Part shown: in pieces, positions 14,495 to 24,267 of the stretch
Layout of the letters: each line of letters starts with the position of its first letter
How positions within the stretch are numbered: the first letter of the stretch is position 1
From: Clostridiales bacterium
Lineage (GTDB): Bacteria; Bacillota; Clostridia; Peptostreptococcales; Anaerovoracaceae
Assembly: GCA_009785435.1 (NCBI GenBank)
Contig: WQWG01000001.1
Span: forward strand, 1-27,014
Direction of reading: 5' to 3'
Length of the DNA stretch: 27,014 bases
Made by a program: the position numbers and the translations under genes
The notes under the pieces: model-generated
Databases searched by the model: none
Seen by the model: only the letters and a program-made list of their open reading frames with translations
Told to the model about the DNA's origin: nothing

Positions 14495-15217
14495 TCAACT
14501 TTTAAAGCTAATAAAAACATGTAAAAAATCGGCGTCAAGTCCTAAATTTCGATCTTTGTAAAGATAAACCATCGTCGACATGTTTGCATGTGTGTGGATA
14601 AAATCAATAAAATCTAAACCCCAATCATATGTCACAATGGAACCCTCGGAGTTAACGGGATTTCCATGATACATTGGTTCTAACATATGTACCAAGTTTC
14701 CGTTTTCCATACGTACACGCTGTATAGATTTCGAATATTGCGGATACCACGGCATCGTAAAAACATGCTTTCCACCTTTGCGCAACACTCTATGTATCTC
14801 TGCAAAGGCCAATTCCGGATTCATAACATGTTCCAAAACATCCTGCGTAACGAAAATGTCAAACACTTCATCGCCAAACGTCATGCATTCCAAGTTTTCG
14901 CATCTTATCCCTTCCGATTCGAGGCCATATTCTTTATCCAAAAAAAATTGAGATTCGGAATAATCATTACAGTTGCGTTTGATATAATCCGAAGATATGC
15001 CGCATGGAGAAGATTCATGGATTGCTTGCAACCTCCAATTCGGCAAAAAAGTGTTAAGTGCGTTTATGATTGCTCTTTGTCTCGGAATAGAATCACAAGC
15101 ATTGCATCTATAATAATCCCTCAGCCATTTTTCATACTCAATGAACGTCACTGTCTTTTCACAAATCACACAGTACCCGGTATTGCTCTTGTGCTGCTTT
15201 TTCCCAAACCATTTCAT
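14495..15217 (-). CDS. SAM-dependent methyltransferase, type 11-like, with CxxC...CxxC (240 aa)
   Basis: CVIC and CNAC, then FDIFVTQDVLEHV and EIHRVLRKGGKHVFTMP. GAGGAG SD. Confidence 0.82.
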   Translation of the reverse strand: MKWFGKKQHKSNTGYCVICEKTVTFIEYEKWLRDYYRCNACDSIPRQRAIINALNTFLPNWRLQAIHESSPCGISSDYIKRNCNDYSESQFFLDKEYGLESEGIRCENLECMTFGDEVFDIFVTQDVLEHVMNPELAFAEIHRVLRKGGKHVFTMPWYPQYSKSIQRVRMENGNLVHMLEPMYHGNPVNSEGSIVTYDWGLDFIDFIHTHANMSTMVYLYKDRNLGLDADFLHVFISFKS

Positions 15218-15258
15218 TCTAGCGATCTCCTCAACCCATCAATTTTTATAGCGATTTA

Positions 15259-17016
15259 TTACAACATACCTGTTCCTGAGTTATAAGTCCATAATTTTTT
15301 AATAGTAGGATTGTAGTACGGGTCTCCTTGTTCCAGCGCTTTCTGCCATTTGCTCATGAATAAATCCTTATCTCTTTGCAATATCCTATATTTTTCCGGC
15401 GGCAGGGGGTTCCCGCGCGTTTTGCCTTCATAATGAATCAATTCCACGAATGGATGAAATATAATGGTTTTTCCCAACGCCTTTGCTTTCATACAAAAAT
15501 CTACGTCACCGTAGAAAATTTCGTAATCTTCATCCATGAAACCGACCTGTTCATAGATCTCCTTTCGGCTTAAAACACAGGCTCCCGTCACCCAACTTAT
15601 ATTTTGAATCAAAAACGCACGATTCATATAACCATGTGCATACTTCGGAATCCCTACGAATATATGCTCCGTGAACGATTCTCCCGGAACGAATATCCCG
15701 CCCGCATGTTGTATCGTCATATCCGGATAATACAGTTTCACGCCTACGACACCCACATCTGATCGCTGAGCAAATCCAAGCATGAGTTCCAACCAGTTCG
15801 GAGTAAGGATTTGCGTATCGTTGTTCAGCTGCATGATGTAGTCGCCTGTGCAATTTTTTGCACCGTGGTTGATGATTTTTTGATAATTGAACTTCGTACC
15901 TGGGTAACGGAGAACGTGAATGTGAGGCAGCAATTCAAGCTCGCGATAATACGCAAACGTTTCTTCATCAACGCTGTTGTTTTCAACAATGACAATTTCA
16001 TAGTTGTCATAGGTTGTAAGTTCCAGAATGGAGTCCACACAAGGCTTAAGCAATTCCAAATGATCCTTGTTCGGAATAACGATGGACACTTTCGGATTTC
16101 CGATAACCTCGTACACAACATTGAATACACCATCCAGCTCAGTGCGCTCCACCGTGCTTTTCAAGTCCAAGTGCTTGGTAATGTGCGATTGAATTGCTTC
16201 CGAGTCCGGATCAGGCGAAGCGCTTGGATGCGCATTTCCGCGTTTATGATTTAATATTTTGGCAATGTGATGCACCTTGCTGGCCTGCTCACCGACACGC
16301 AAAACAAGCTCGTAATACCGATCCTGCGCAAACGCCACTTCGTGCGTCAAAGCATTCGCAATGGCTTGGCTTACCACAAAGAAACTTCCGATATAGTTTG
16401 TGGAGCGAAGCGTATCCGGTGCAAAATCAGGTTTGAACTGTGGTTCATACCGTTCATGTTCGTTCATTTTATCTTCATCAGCATAAATAAAGTCTATATC
16501 CTGATGTTCGTTAATTGCTTTCACAATCTCAAACAATGCAAATGGAGCAAGAGTATCGTCATAACTTAAAAATCCGATATACTCACCCGTCATGTTGTCT
16601 TCGCTGGTGTGATTATACTTGATTCGTTGATCTGAACTGCACAAATTGGCTATTTCAGAATTCGTCGTATCGTTTCTGTTAAAGATGCATAACTCCCAAC
16701 TTTCATACGTCTGTGCTTTGATCGAATGTAAGAGTTCTTTAAAATCATCCGCCGACATATCTGTCATCGGAAGCACCAGACTAATCAGCGGACGGGTCTG
16801 AAAAACATGCTTCTTTTGCATGTTCAACGCATCTTCCGTAGGCTCGTTTTCCGTAATCCATTGACCATACGGTGTGATCACAGGCTCTCGGTTCATCAAC
16901 TTCAAAAACTTCTTTTTGGCAATCCTTCTGGTTGAATCGGACATCGGCAACGCATGATAAACCCTTCTCAAGAAATGGTATGTACGACTGCGCAAAGCAC
17001 ACATCATCTGTCCCAT
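15259..17016 (-). CDS. Double GT2-domain glycosyltransferase, probable rhamnosyltransferase (about 585 aa)
   Basis: The second domain has VSIVIPNKDH, EIVIVENNS, LNNDT, VGVKLYYPD, VTGAC and DVDFC. The first domain is degenerate. ATG at 17016 behind GGGAGGT; the longer track ORF overlaps the upstream gene. Confidence 0.88.
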   Translation of the reverse strand: MGQMMCALRSRTYHFLRRVYHALPMSDSTRRIAKKKFLKLMNREPVITPYGQWITENEPTEDALNMQKKHVFQTRPLISLVLPMTDMSADDFKELLHSIKAQTYESWELCIFNRNDTTNSEIANLCSSDQRIKYNHTSEDNMTGEYIGFLSYDDTLAPFALFEIVKAINEHQDIDFIYADEDKMNEHERYEPQFKPDFAPDTLRSTNYIGSFFVVSQAIANALTHEVAFAQDRYYELVLRVGEQASKVHHIAKILNHKRGNAHPSASPDPDSEAIQSHITKHLDLKSTVERTELDGVFNVVYEVIGNPKVSIVIPNKDHLELLKPCVDSILELTTYDNYEIVIVENNSVDEETFAYYRELELLPHIHVLRYPGTKFNYQKIINHGAKNCTGDYIMQLNNDTQILTPNWLELMLGFAQRSDVGVVGVKLYYPDMTIQHAGGIFVPGESFTEHIFVGIPKYAHGYMNRAFLIQNISWVTGACVLSRKEIYEQVGFMDEDYEIFYGDVDFCMKAKALGKTIIFHPFVELIHYEGKTRGNPLPPEKYRILQRDKDLFMSKWQKALEQGDPYYNPTIKKLWTYNSGTGML

Positions 17017-17050
17017 CGTTCTGTACCTCCCTACTGATCTTCCTGCTTGG

Positions 17051-18247
17051 TCAAATTCGCAAACCGTCAAACACTTTTGTATATCGCTGATCAAAGGCTT
17101 CCTCAGAAAACCTTTTTGCTTTCTCAACGGCCTGCACGGCCATTTCTTTTCGTTTCTGTTCATTTTGGATGACTTGAACCGTCTTCTGAATCCATTCACC
17201 CTCATCACACCAAAGGAATCCATCCTTTTCTTCGTCAACGATTTCCTGCTGACCGCCTTGGTTGATCACCACAGGCACAACGCCATAACTCATGGCTTCC
17301 ACCGTCGTGATGCCGAAATGCTCCATTTGATCCGGCTCTGCGTTTTCATCAACACCATATCCGGTCGCATGCCAGAATATTTTCGCTTGCTTATATAATG
17401 AAATCAATGCTTCGAACGAGCAATTCTCGTGAATGAAAATGCGATTGGATTTTTGGGCAATTTCTCTGACTTGGCTCAGATACAACACATCTTTTTCTTC
17501 ATTCTGAAACACCGAGCCTGCCAAGTGATATTCATAATCCCCTAGCACACCTTCATGGTCGAGGAAGCATTGCACCATTTCCAATTGTTTTTTGCAATGG
17601 CCTCCAACAAAAAAACGCCCTACGCTGATAATGATGTTCTTTTTTTCGTTTTCATCGTATTGCCCCACCACGCTGTCCTCTGAGAAGACAGGCGGATAAA
17701 CAATCTCATATTTTCGACTTTTCTTCCAATATGTTTCCATCCACCGATTGCTGAACGCTGAAATCGGAAGAAACAAATCATAACTGTGAAAAAAGAGCAC
17801 ATTGAGAACCTTTTCTGCCGCACATTTGAAGCGATCGTTCGGGTCCCACAAGAATTTTTTGGGCGGAAACATACAAATGTATAGATTTTTTTTTGCTCTT
17901 CCGATATGCTTGCTGAAATACATGGAGTTGATAAACACATCGTATTGCCGCGTCATATTGCCAATCGTGAGCAGGTTTTTGATGATGCGCATGGTACTTC
18001 GCTGAGACGAAAATTCCACTTTTCGAATGGATGTACAGCGTAACCGAACGTTAAACTTCTCCATAATCGTATCCATAGTCACCGCATTCTTGCCGGGCTC
18101 ATCCGCTGTTCCATCGCTGAATGCGACAATCTCAATCTGCACCTGATGGTTGCAATAGCACTCTATAAAACGACACAAATGCGCCATTTGCTTTTCCCCA
18201 CCGCCCAATGTCGCAAGATATGGGTTAAGAATTAACACTCTCTTCAT
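17051..18247 (-). CDS. GT4-family glycosyltransferase (398 aa)
   Basis: LGGGEK, ISVGRFF, KIFWHATG and EHFGITTVEAM (EX7E intact). Confidence 0.9.
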   Translation of the reverse strand: MKRVLILNPYLATLGGGEKQMAHLCRFIECYCNHQVQIEIVAFSDGTADEPGKNAVTMDTIMEKFNVRLRCTSIRKVEFSSQRSTMRIIKNLLTIGNMTRQYDVFINSMYFSKHIGRAKKNLYICMFPPKKFLWDPNDRFKCAAEKVLNVLFFHSYDLFLPISAFSNRWMETYWKKSRKYEIVYPPVFSEDSVVGQYDENEKKNIIISVGRFFVGGHCKKQLEMVQCFLDHEGVLGDYEYHLAGSVFQNEEKDVLYLSQVREIAQKSNRIFIHENCSFEALISLYKQAKIFWHATGYGVDENAEPDQMEHFGITTVEAMSYGVVPVVINQGGQQEIVDEEKDGFLWCDEGEWIQKTVQVIQNEQKRKEMAVQAVEKAKRFSEEAFDQRYTKVFDGLRI

Positions 18248-19093
18248 TTATGGTCGTCTCTCTTCCGTTGCATACGCCCTTAACGCCGCCTTCCACTCCG
18301 GCAACCTCTTAAATCCTGCTTCATCCAAGCTTGCCTTCGACAATCTCGAATTTTTGGGGCGCACCGCCTTTGTCGGATACTGCGAAGACGGGATTGGATT
18401 GATCTTGCAAGCGCTTCCGCTTTGTCTCATGATCTCCGCCGCAAACTCCGCCCATGAGCAAAATCCTTCGTTGGTCGCGTGGTATACGCCGTGCTTTCCG
18501 GAAAGTGCCATGTCGCATAACAGCACAGCCAAATCCGGTGTGTATGTCGGACTGCCGATCTGGTCGTTCACCACATTGAGTTCATCTCTGGTTTCAGCCA
18601 GTTTCAGCATCGTCTTCACAAAATTGTTTCCATTCTGCCCAAACACCCACGAAATTCTGACAATATAATAGGCGTCCAAATGCCGCAACACGGCTTCTTC
18701 ACCGGAAAGCTTGCTTTTCCCATACACCGATTTCGGGTCTTTGGGGGCGTCCGTTTCATACGGCACATCGCCATCGCCGCCAAACACATAGTCGGTGCTG
18801 ATGTATATCATTTCCGCGCCTATTTCACGACAAACCTGTGCAAGATTTTCTGTTCCGTCCGCATTGACTTTCATGCAAAGTACTTGCTCATCCTCGGCGT
18901 TGTCCACGGCCGTATACGCCGCACAATGAATGACACAAGACGGCTCCTGTTCTTTCAAGAATGTTTGAACGCCCTTGGCATCGGTTATATCAAGTTCAGT
19001 CAAATCCACGCCAAGACATTTCAGTCCGCGCTGTTTCAGCTCCGATACAACGTCACTGCCCAATTGGCCGGTTGCCCCGGTCACCAATATCAT
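18248..19093 (-). CDS. rmlD: dTDP-4-dehydrorhamnose reductase (about 281 aa)
   Basis: ILVTGATGQLG, HCAAYTAVD, ISTDYVF, YGKSK and DQIGSPTY. ATG at 19093 behind AGGAG. Confidence 0.96.
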   Translation of the reverse strand: MILVTGATGQLGSDVVSELKQRGLKCLGVDLTELDITDAKGVQTFLKEQEPSCVIHCAAYTAVDNAEDEQVLCMKVNADGTENLAQVCREIGAEMIYISTDYVFGGDGDVPYETDAPKDPKSVYGKSKLSGEEAVLRHLDAYYIVRISWVFGQNGNNFVKTMLKLAETRDELNVVNDQIGSPTYTPDLAVLLCDMALSGKHGVYHATNEGFCSWAEFAAEIMRQSGSACKINPIPSSQYPTKAVRPKNSRLSKASLDEAGFKRLPEWKAALRAYATEERRP

Positions 19094-20091
19094 GATTGAC
19101 TCCTGTAGGCACCACTCAGGACATTCTCCCACCACGTTCGATTGTCTTGATACCATTGTATCGTTTGGCGCAGTCCATCCTCAAATGCCGTTTCCGGAAC
19201 CCAGCCAAGCGCATTGGTGATCTTCGTTGGGTCAATTGCATAGCGCAGGTCATGTCCCGGTCTGTCGGTGACGTATTGAATCAATGATTCCGGTTTGTCC
19301 AGTTGTTTGATGATCTCTTTCACAACATCAATGTTTCGCCTCTCGTTGTGTCCGCCGATGTTGTACACTTCGCCCGGCGTTCCATACCGCACAATCAAAT
19401 CGATTGCCTTGCAGTGGTCGATGACATACAACCAATCCCGCACATTCTCGCCTTTGCCATACACCGGCAGCGGCTTGTCTTGCATCGCATTGGTGACCAT
19501 CAGCGGAATGAGTTTTTCGGGGAAATGATACGGCCCGTAATTATTACTGCAACGGGATATGGTAATCGGCATTTTATATGTTCGAACATACGCTTGGCAA
19601 AGCAGATCCGCCCCCGCCTTTGACGCCGAATAGGGGCTGGACGTATGAATCGGCGTTTCCTCGGTAAAAAACAGCTCCGGTCTGTCAAGCGGCAAATCAC
19701 CGTATACTTCGTCAGTGGATACCTGATGATACCTCTGCACCTCATATTCCCGAGATGCGTCAAGAAGCACTTGCGTACCGATGATGTTGGTCGTCAAAAA
19801 TACACCCGGATTGTCAATGCTTCTGTCCACGTGGCTTTCTGCCGCAAAGTTGATGACATAATCAGGTCTATACTTATCGAATATCGCTCTTATCGCTGTC
19901 GCATCCGAAATATCTGCCTTTTCAAAATGAAAATTTTTGTGATCAATGACGGGCGATAATGTCTCCATGTTGCCTGCATACGTCAGGTTATCAACACAGA
20001 TAACAATATCCTCCGGATACTTCTTGATCGTCTCATGGATGAAATTTCCGCCGATGAATCCGGCACCGCCCGTTACAAGTATCTTCATCAT
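19090..20091 (-). CDS. rmlB: dTDP-glucose 4,6-dehydratase (333 aa)
   Basis: LVTGGAGFIG, NFAAESHVDRSI, VSTDEVYG, PYSASK and CSNNYGP. Confidence 0.97.
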   Translation of the reverse strand: MMKILVTGGAGFIGGNFIHETIKKYPEDIVICVDNLTYAGNMETLSPVIDHKNFHFEKADISDATAIRAIFDKYRPDYVINFAAESHVDRSIDNPGVFLTTNIIGTQVLLDASREYEVQRYHQVSTDEVYGDLPLDRPELFFTEETPIHTSSPYSASKAGADLLCQAYVRTYKMPITISRCSNNYGPYHFPEKLIPLMVTNAMQDKPLPVYGKGENVRDWLYVIDHCKAIDLIVRYGTPGEVYNIGGHNERRNIDVVKEIIKQLDKPESLIQYVTDRPGHDLRYAIDPTKITNALGWVPETAFEDGLRQTIQWYQDNRTWWENVLSGAYRSQS

Positions 20092-20618
20092 TTTATCTCC
20101 TTAAGCATCGGCGCATTTTTGTCCTTGTCCGACAAGATGGGGTCTTTCACGCCCCAATCGATGCCGATCTCGGTATCTGACCAAAGCACCGCCCCATCAT
20201 GCGCTGCACTGTAATAATTGTCTGTTTTGTACATGACCTCAACATCGTCGGCCAACGCCACAAACGCATGTCCGAAGCCTCTTGGGATGAACAACTGCTT
20301 CTTGTTCTCCGCCGATAGCTCCACGCAAATCCATTGTTTGTACGTGTTGCTGTTTGAACGCAAATCCACGGCATAATCCATGATTGCACCTCTTATACAA
20401 CGCACAAGTTTGGCCTGCTCCATGGGTGCATATTGAAAGTGAATGCCGCGCAACGTACCCTTTTGCGCCGAATACGAGTGGTTGTCCTGTACAAAATCAC
20501 ACTCGACTTGCGGCATCTTTATTTTACTATAGGTTTCCATGAACCAACCACGAGTATCACCGAACACTTGAGGTTCAATAATATATACGCCCGGTAATCT
20601 TGTCTCTGTTATTTTCAT
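20088..20618 (-). CDS. rmlC: dTDP-4-dehydrorhamnose 3,5-epimerase (176 aa)
   Basis: [24 protein letters not shown] and GFGHAF. Confidence 0.97.
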   Translation of the reverse strand: MKITETRLPGVYIIEPQVFGDTRGWFMETYSKIKMPQVECDFVQDNHSYSAQKGTLRGIHFQYAPMEQAKLVRCIRGAIMDYAVDLRSNSNTYKQWICVELSAENKKQLFIPRGFGHAFVALADDVEVMYKTDNYYSAAHDGAVLWSDTEIGIDWGVKDPILSDKDKNAPMLKEIK

Positions 20619-21490
20619 CGAATTTTTCCGCTCAATACCTTTCTCAAATAATCACCGTACGGAGACTTCCCGTAGGCCGTTGCATTTGCTTCCAGTTGCT
20701 TTGCATCAATAAAGCCCATGCGGTATGCGATTTCCTCGATGGCCGATATTTTGATGCCCTGACGTTTTTCAACTGCCATGATGAAATTTGACGCGTCCAT
20801 CAAGCTATCAATGGTTCCCGTGTCAAGCCACGCATATCCACGCCCCAGGAGACTCACCTCCAGATTGCCGTTTTCTAAGTATATGCGGTTGAGGTCTGTG
20901 ATCTCAAGCTCGCCACGTGCGCTCGGCTTGAGGCTTTTGGCGTATTCCACACATCGATTGTCATAAAAATAAAGGCCTGTCACCGCATAGTTTGATTTAG
21001 GCGTTTGTGGTTTTTCTTCAATGCTGACGGCTTTGCCGCTTTCATCGAATTCCACGACGCCAAATCGTTCAGGGTCGTCTACATAATAGCCGAAGACTGT
21101 CGCCCCTTCTGTTTTTCGCGCTGCACTTTGCAATAGATGTGAAAACCCGTTTCCATAAAATATGTTGTCGCCCAAAACCATGGCACAACTGTCACCGCCT
21201 ATGAACTCTTCCCCAATGATAAATGCTTGTGCCAAACCATCCGGGGAGGGCTGTACTTTATAGGAAAGACGTAAACCAATATTGCTTCCGTCTCCCAACA
21301 AGCGTTCAAAATTCGGCAAATCTGTCGGGGTGGAAATGATCAGAATATCCCTGATCCCTGCCAGCATCAGCGTTGACAGAGGATAGAAAATCATGGGCTT
21401 ATCATACACCGCCAAAAGCTGCTTACTGGTCACATGAGTGAGTGGAAAAAGTCTGGTTCCGGCTCCGCCGGCGAGAATGATGCCTTTCAA
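20615..21490 (-). CDS. rmlA: Glucose-1-phosphate thymidylyltransferase (291 aa)
   Basis: [38 protein letters not shown] and WLDTGT. TTG start with an AGGAG SD. Confidence 0.97.
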   Translation of the reverse strand: MKGIILAGGAGTRLFPLTHVTSKQLLAVYDKPMIFYPLSTLMLAGIRDILIISTPTDLPNFERLLGDGSNIGLRLSYKVQPSPDGLAQAFIIGEEFIGGDSCAMVLGDNIFYGNGFSHLLQSAARKTEGATVFGYYVDDPERFGVVEFDESGKAVSIEEKPQTPKSNYAVTGLYFYDNRCVEYAKSLKPSARGELEITDLNRIYLENGNLEVSLLGRGYAWLDTGTIDSLMDASNFIMAVEKRQGIKISAIEEIAYRMGFIDAKQLEANATAYGKSPYGDYLRKVLSGKIR

Positions 21491-22437
21491 TTTGCAGCAC
21501 TCCTTTCTATCAATAAAATTATAATATTCGCCACTTTTTTTGTAAATCCTTGCTTAAAGGTTTTGTATTTCAGCATTGTCCGCAACCTGTTGATTTTTGA
21601 CAATGTCGACATCGATGCAAAAGCCTTCAATAAATCCCTCTGCTCTTCCGTCAATCTCTCGTAATTTGAATGCAAAAAGCTCCCGGCTTGTTTGTATGAA
21701 TCATTGACGTTTGATGCCATTGTATCGATATGTCTCAGAAAGTAATAGGTATGATCAAATGACAGCGTTTTTTTGGAGCCTATATCGTTATTATCATGCT
21801 GGCGATACAAAACCGTAGGCTCATCGATCGTTCCAATTTTCCCTAAGGCAGCCGCTGTGATCGCCAGCCACCAATCATGCATCACCATAAAATCAGGCTC
21901 AACCAAAATCAAATTCGAAAGCGCACGGTTGTAAATCGCCGCACAGCCTGTCACAGTATTCATTGCGATTACATTGTTAAGCGACGTCTTTTCAACGTCC
22001 GCGTTTACTCGCTTCCTATGAGAAGATGAAATAACACGTAAATTTTCATCAACCACTTTTAGATCTGAATGTACCAGGATGGGCGTAAACAACTCATATG
22101 TTTTCTCCATCTCTTTCATCTTTTTCAAGCTCTTTTCAATTTTATCGGGCATCCATATATCGTCCTGATCACAAAGCATGACATAATCATCTTTATGCGC
22201 GATCATCATTTTCATAAAATTGTGCTTTGCACTCCCTGAATTTTGTTTATTTTGCATCGCAAAAATCTTCGCAGGGTATTTCTCAGCAAATTGCAAGGCG
22301 ATTGAAAATGTGCTGTCTGTTGATTGATCATCACAAATGTATAGCTTGAAATCCTGAACGGTTTGTCCAAGTAACGAATCAATCTGTTCAGCAATATATT
22401 TTTCACCGTTATAGGAGGCCAACAAAATTGAAATCAT
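21487..22437 (-). CDS. GT2-family glycosyltransferase, RgpB-like putative L-rhamnosyltransferase (about 316 aa)
   Basis: [36 protein letters not shown] and LYRQH. Confidence 0.9.
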   Translation of the reverse strand: MISILLASYNGEKYIAEQIDSLLGQTVQDFKLYICDDQSTDSTFSIALQFAEKYPAKIFAMQNKQNSGSAKHNFMKMMIAHKDDYVMLCDQDDIWMPDKIEKSLKKMKEMEKTYELFTPILVHSDLKVVDENLRVISSSHRKRVNADVEKTSLNNVIAMNTVTGCAAIYNRALSNLILVEPDFMVMHDWWLAITAAALGKIGTIDEPTVLYRQHDNNDIGSKKTLSFDHTYYFLRHIDTMASNVNDSYKQAGSFLHSNYERLTEEQRDLLKAFASMSTLSKINRLRTMLKYKTFKQGFTKKVANIIILLIERSAAN

Positions 22438-22441
22438 ACAT

Positions 22442-23173
22442 CTAACCGTCCCCGTATACTTTACAAACTTCGTCAACATCCCCGACGCATATGATTTCGC
22501 CTTTCTTTAGCAAAATGGCTCTGGAGCACATCTCTTTGATCGTCTTGATATTATGCGATACCACTAAGACTGTAATTCCTTTTGCAATCATATTGTCTAT
22601 GCGCTCTTCGCATTTTTTCTGAAACTTATAATCCCCAACGCCCAAGATTTCATCTACAATCAAAATTTCAGGCTGTACACTTGTCGCTACTGCAAAACCC
22701 AGTCGACCCATCATGCCGGAAGAAAAGTTTTTGACGGCTACATGTTCGAAATCCCTCAGTTCGGCGAAATCCATAATTTCATCGTATCTAGCCGCCATAT
22801 ATTCCGGCGGGTGTCCGAACATAGCGCCGTTCATATACACGTTATCCCTCGCCGTAAACTCAGGGTCAAAACCGGCACCAAGTTCAAGAAGCGGAGCAAG
22901 GCTGCCATTCACAGAAACAGTACCGTCGGTTGGCTTGAACACACCCGCAATAATCTTTAAGAGCGTTGATTTTCCCGCCCCGTTCAGCCCCATCACACCA
23001 AAGACTTCGCCTTTATTCACGGCAAAACTAACATCCTTGAGCGCCCAAAACTCCTCATAAGAAATTTGCCGCTTCAGAGTCTTTACCACATACTCCTTAA
23101 GCCCTGTGATTTTTTCTTTGCTCAAATTGAATCTCATTGATACATTTTGAACCGATATCGCAATATCATTCAT
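22442..23173 (-). CDS. wzt: Polysaccharide ABC transporter ATP-binding protein, NBD only (about 243 aa)
   Basis: Walker A GLNGAGKST, signature FSSGM and Walker B ILIVDE, plus FWALKDVSF and ELGAGF. There is no C-terminal extension. Confidence 0.93.
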   Translation of the reverse strand: MNDIAISVQNVSMRFNLSKEKITGLKEYVVKTLKRQISYEEFWALKDVSFAVNKGEVFGVMGLNGAGKSTLLKIIAGVFKPTDGTVSVNGSLAPLLELGAGFDPEFTARDNVYMNGAMFGHPPEYMAARYDEIMDFAELRDFEHVAVKNFSSGMMGRLGFAVATSVQPEILIVDEILGVGDYKFQKKCEERIDNMIAKGITVLVVSHNIKTIKEMCSRAILLKKGEIICVGDVDEVCKVYGDG

Positions 23174-23186
23174 CGTCAAACTCTCT

Positions 23187-24164
23187 CTATAAATACAAAA
23201 TAAACTTGTCTTGCCTTGATATAAACGCATAGATACCAACACACAACGCCATCATAGCAAAGCTCAGGCAAACCACATTGTCCCACAGTCCGGGAATCAT
23301 GCCATACAATACCAGATCGCGAAAATAATCTATGAATTGAAATATAGGGTTAAGACCCATGAACGGTCGTAACCATTCTGGGAGCATATCCATGGGATAC
23401 ATAATTGGGGTCAGGAAAAAGAGCATTCGCATGAGTACACTATACAAATACATTACATCTCGGAAAAAAACAGCCATCGCGGCAAGCAACATCGCAACAC
23501 CAAAAGCAAATATGAATGTATATAGGATTGGTACCGGAAGCAACAGCATCGTAATCTTGAACGAGGCACCGGTTATGACCATCACCGCGATAAGCGCTAA
23601 AAAGGAAAAACCCAGCTGAACCAGTGACGAAATCACTCTGGACAAAGGAAAAATGTACTTAGGTACGTACACCTTTTTGATAACACCTTCGTTGTTGATG
23701 ATCGAAGTCATGGAAGTCGTGGTGGATTCATTGATAAACTCATAGATGATAAGACCGCTCAGTAGATATACTGGGAAGTTTTCAATCTGTCGGTCAAACA
23801 AAAATGAAAACACGGCCGTCAAGACCAACATCATCATCAACGGATGGAGCAGCGACCACAGCACACCCAAAACGCTTTTGCGGTAACGCGCCACAAAGTC
23901 TCTTTTCACCATCAGCCGCAGCAAATGCTTATAGCGGTTGAATGTCGCGAACTGATCTTGAATAAGCTCTTTTTTAAATATAAAAATCAATAGAAAAGCA
24001 GTTGTGATGGTTGCGCTTGTACTCAAAAACACAAGCTTGCTGACAAACATCATCAAGCTTTCTTCTCCTCGCCCTATCACACTCTCTCTGAAAATCAGCG
24101 CCAACCCAAAATAAATGACCAGCATGAAAATAGAGATTACCGTCAAACGTTTTTTCGTTAACAT
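23187..24164 (-). CDS. wzm: Polysaccharide ABC transporter permease with an extra N-terminal two-helix segment (about 325 aa)
   Basis: RDFVARYRKSVLG.LWSLLHPL, VYVPKYIFP, FRDV, FLTPIMY and NP. ATG at 24164 behind AAGGA. Confidence 0.92.
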   Translation of the reverse strand: MLTKKRLTVISIFMLVIYFGLALIFRESVIGRGEESLMMFVSKLVFLSTSATITTAFLLIFIFKKELIQDQFATFNRYKHLLRLMVKRDFVARYRKSVLGVLWSLLHPLMMMLVLTAVFSFLFDRQIENFPVYLLSGLIIYEFINESTTTSMTSIINNEGVIKKVYVPKYIFPLSRVISSLVQLGFSFLALIAVMVITGASFKITMLLLPVPILYTFIFAFGVAMLLAAMAVFFRDVMYLYSVLMRMLFFLTPIMYPMDMLPEWLRPFMGLNPIFQFIDYFRDLVLYGMIPGLWDNVVCLSFAMMALCVGIYAFISRQDKFILYL

Positions 24165-24194
24165 AAAAAAATCCTTCAAAGCGATTATCCTTTT

Positions 24195-24223
24195 ATGATA
24201 CCACTTTGCTATCCTTTATTCAA
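24195..24223 (-). promoter_or_regulatory. SigmaA-type promoter driving wzm-wzt-GT-rml and downstream genes
   Basis: Minus strand: TTGAAT (24223-24218), 17-nt spacer, TGg-TATCAT (24200-24195). Confidence 0.75.
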
Positions 24224-24267
24224 TCTTTTTCCGCAATTCAATGCCCGGTCGCTTTACAAAGCGCACC

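Noticed and set aside
14687-15286. 199-aa + strand ORF
   Set aside because: It is an antisense shadow of the methyltransferase gene.
17017-17238. N-terminal extension of the 659-aa track ORF
   Set aside because: It overlaps the 3' end of the GT4 gene, and a strong SD supports the ATG at 17016.
17886-17894. T9 run (A9 on the coding strand) in the GT4 gene as a phase-variation tract; also the A8 runs near 14940 and 23464
   Set aside because: Short A/T runs encoding Lys or Phe are expected at this base composition, and all frames are intact.
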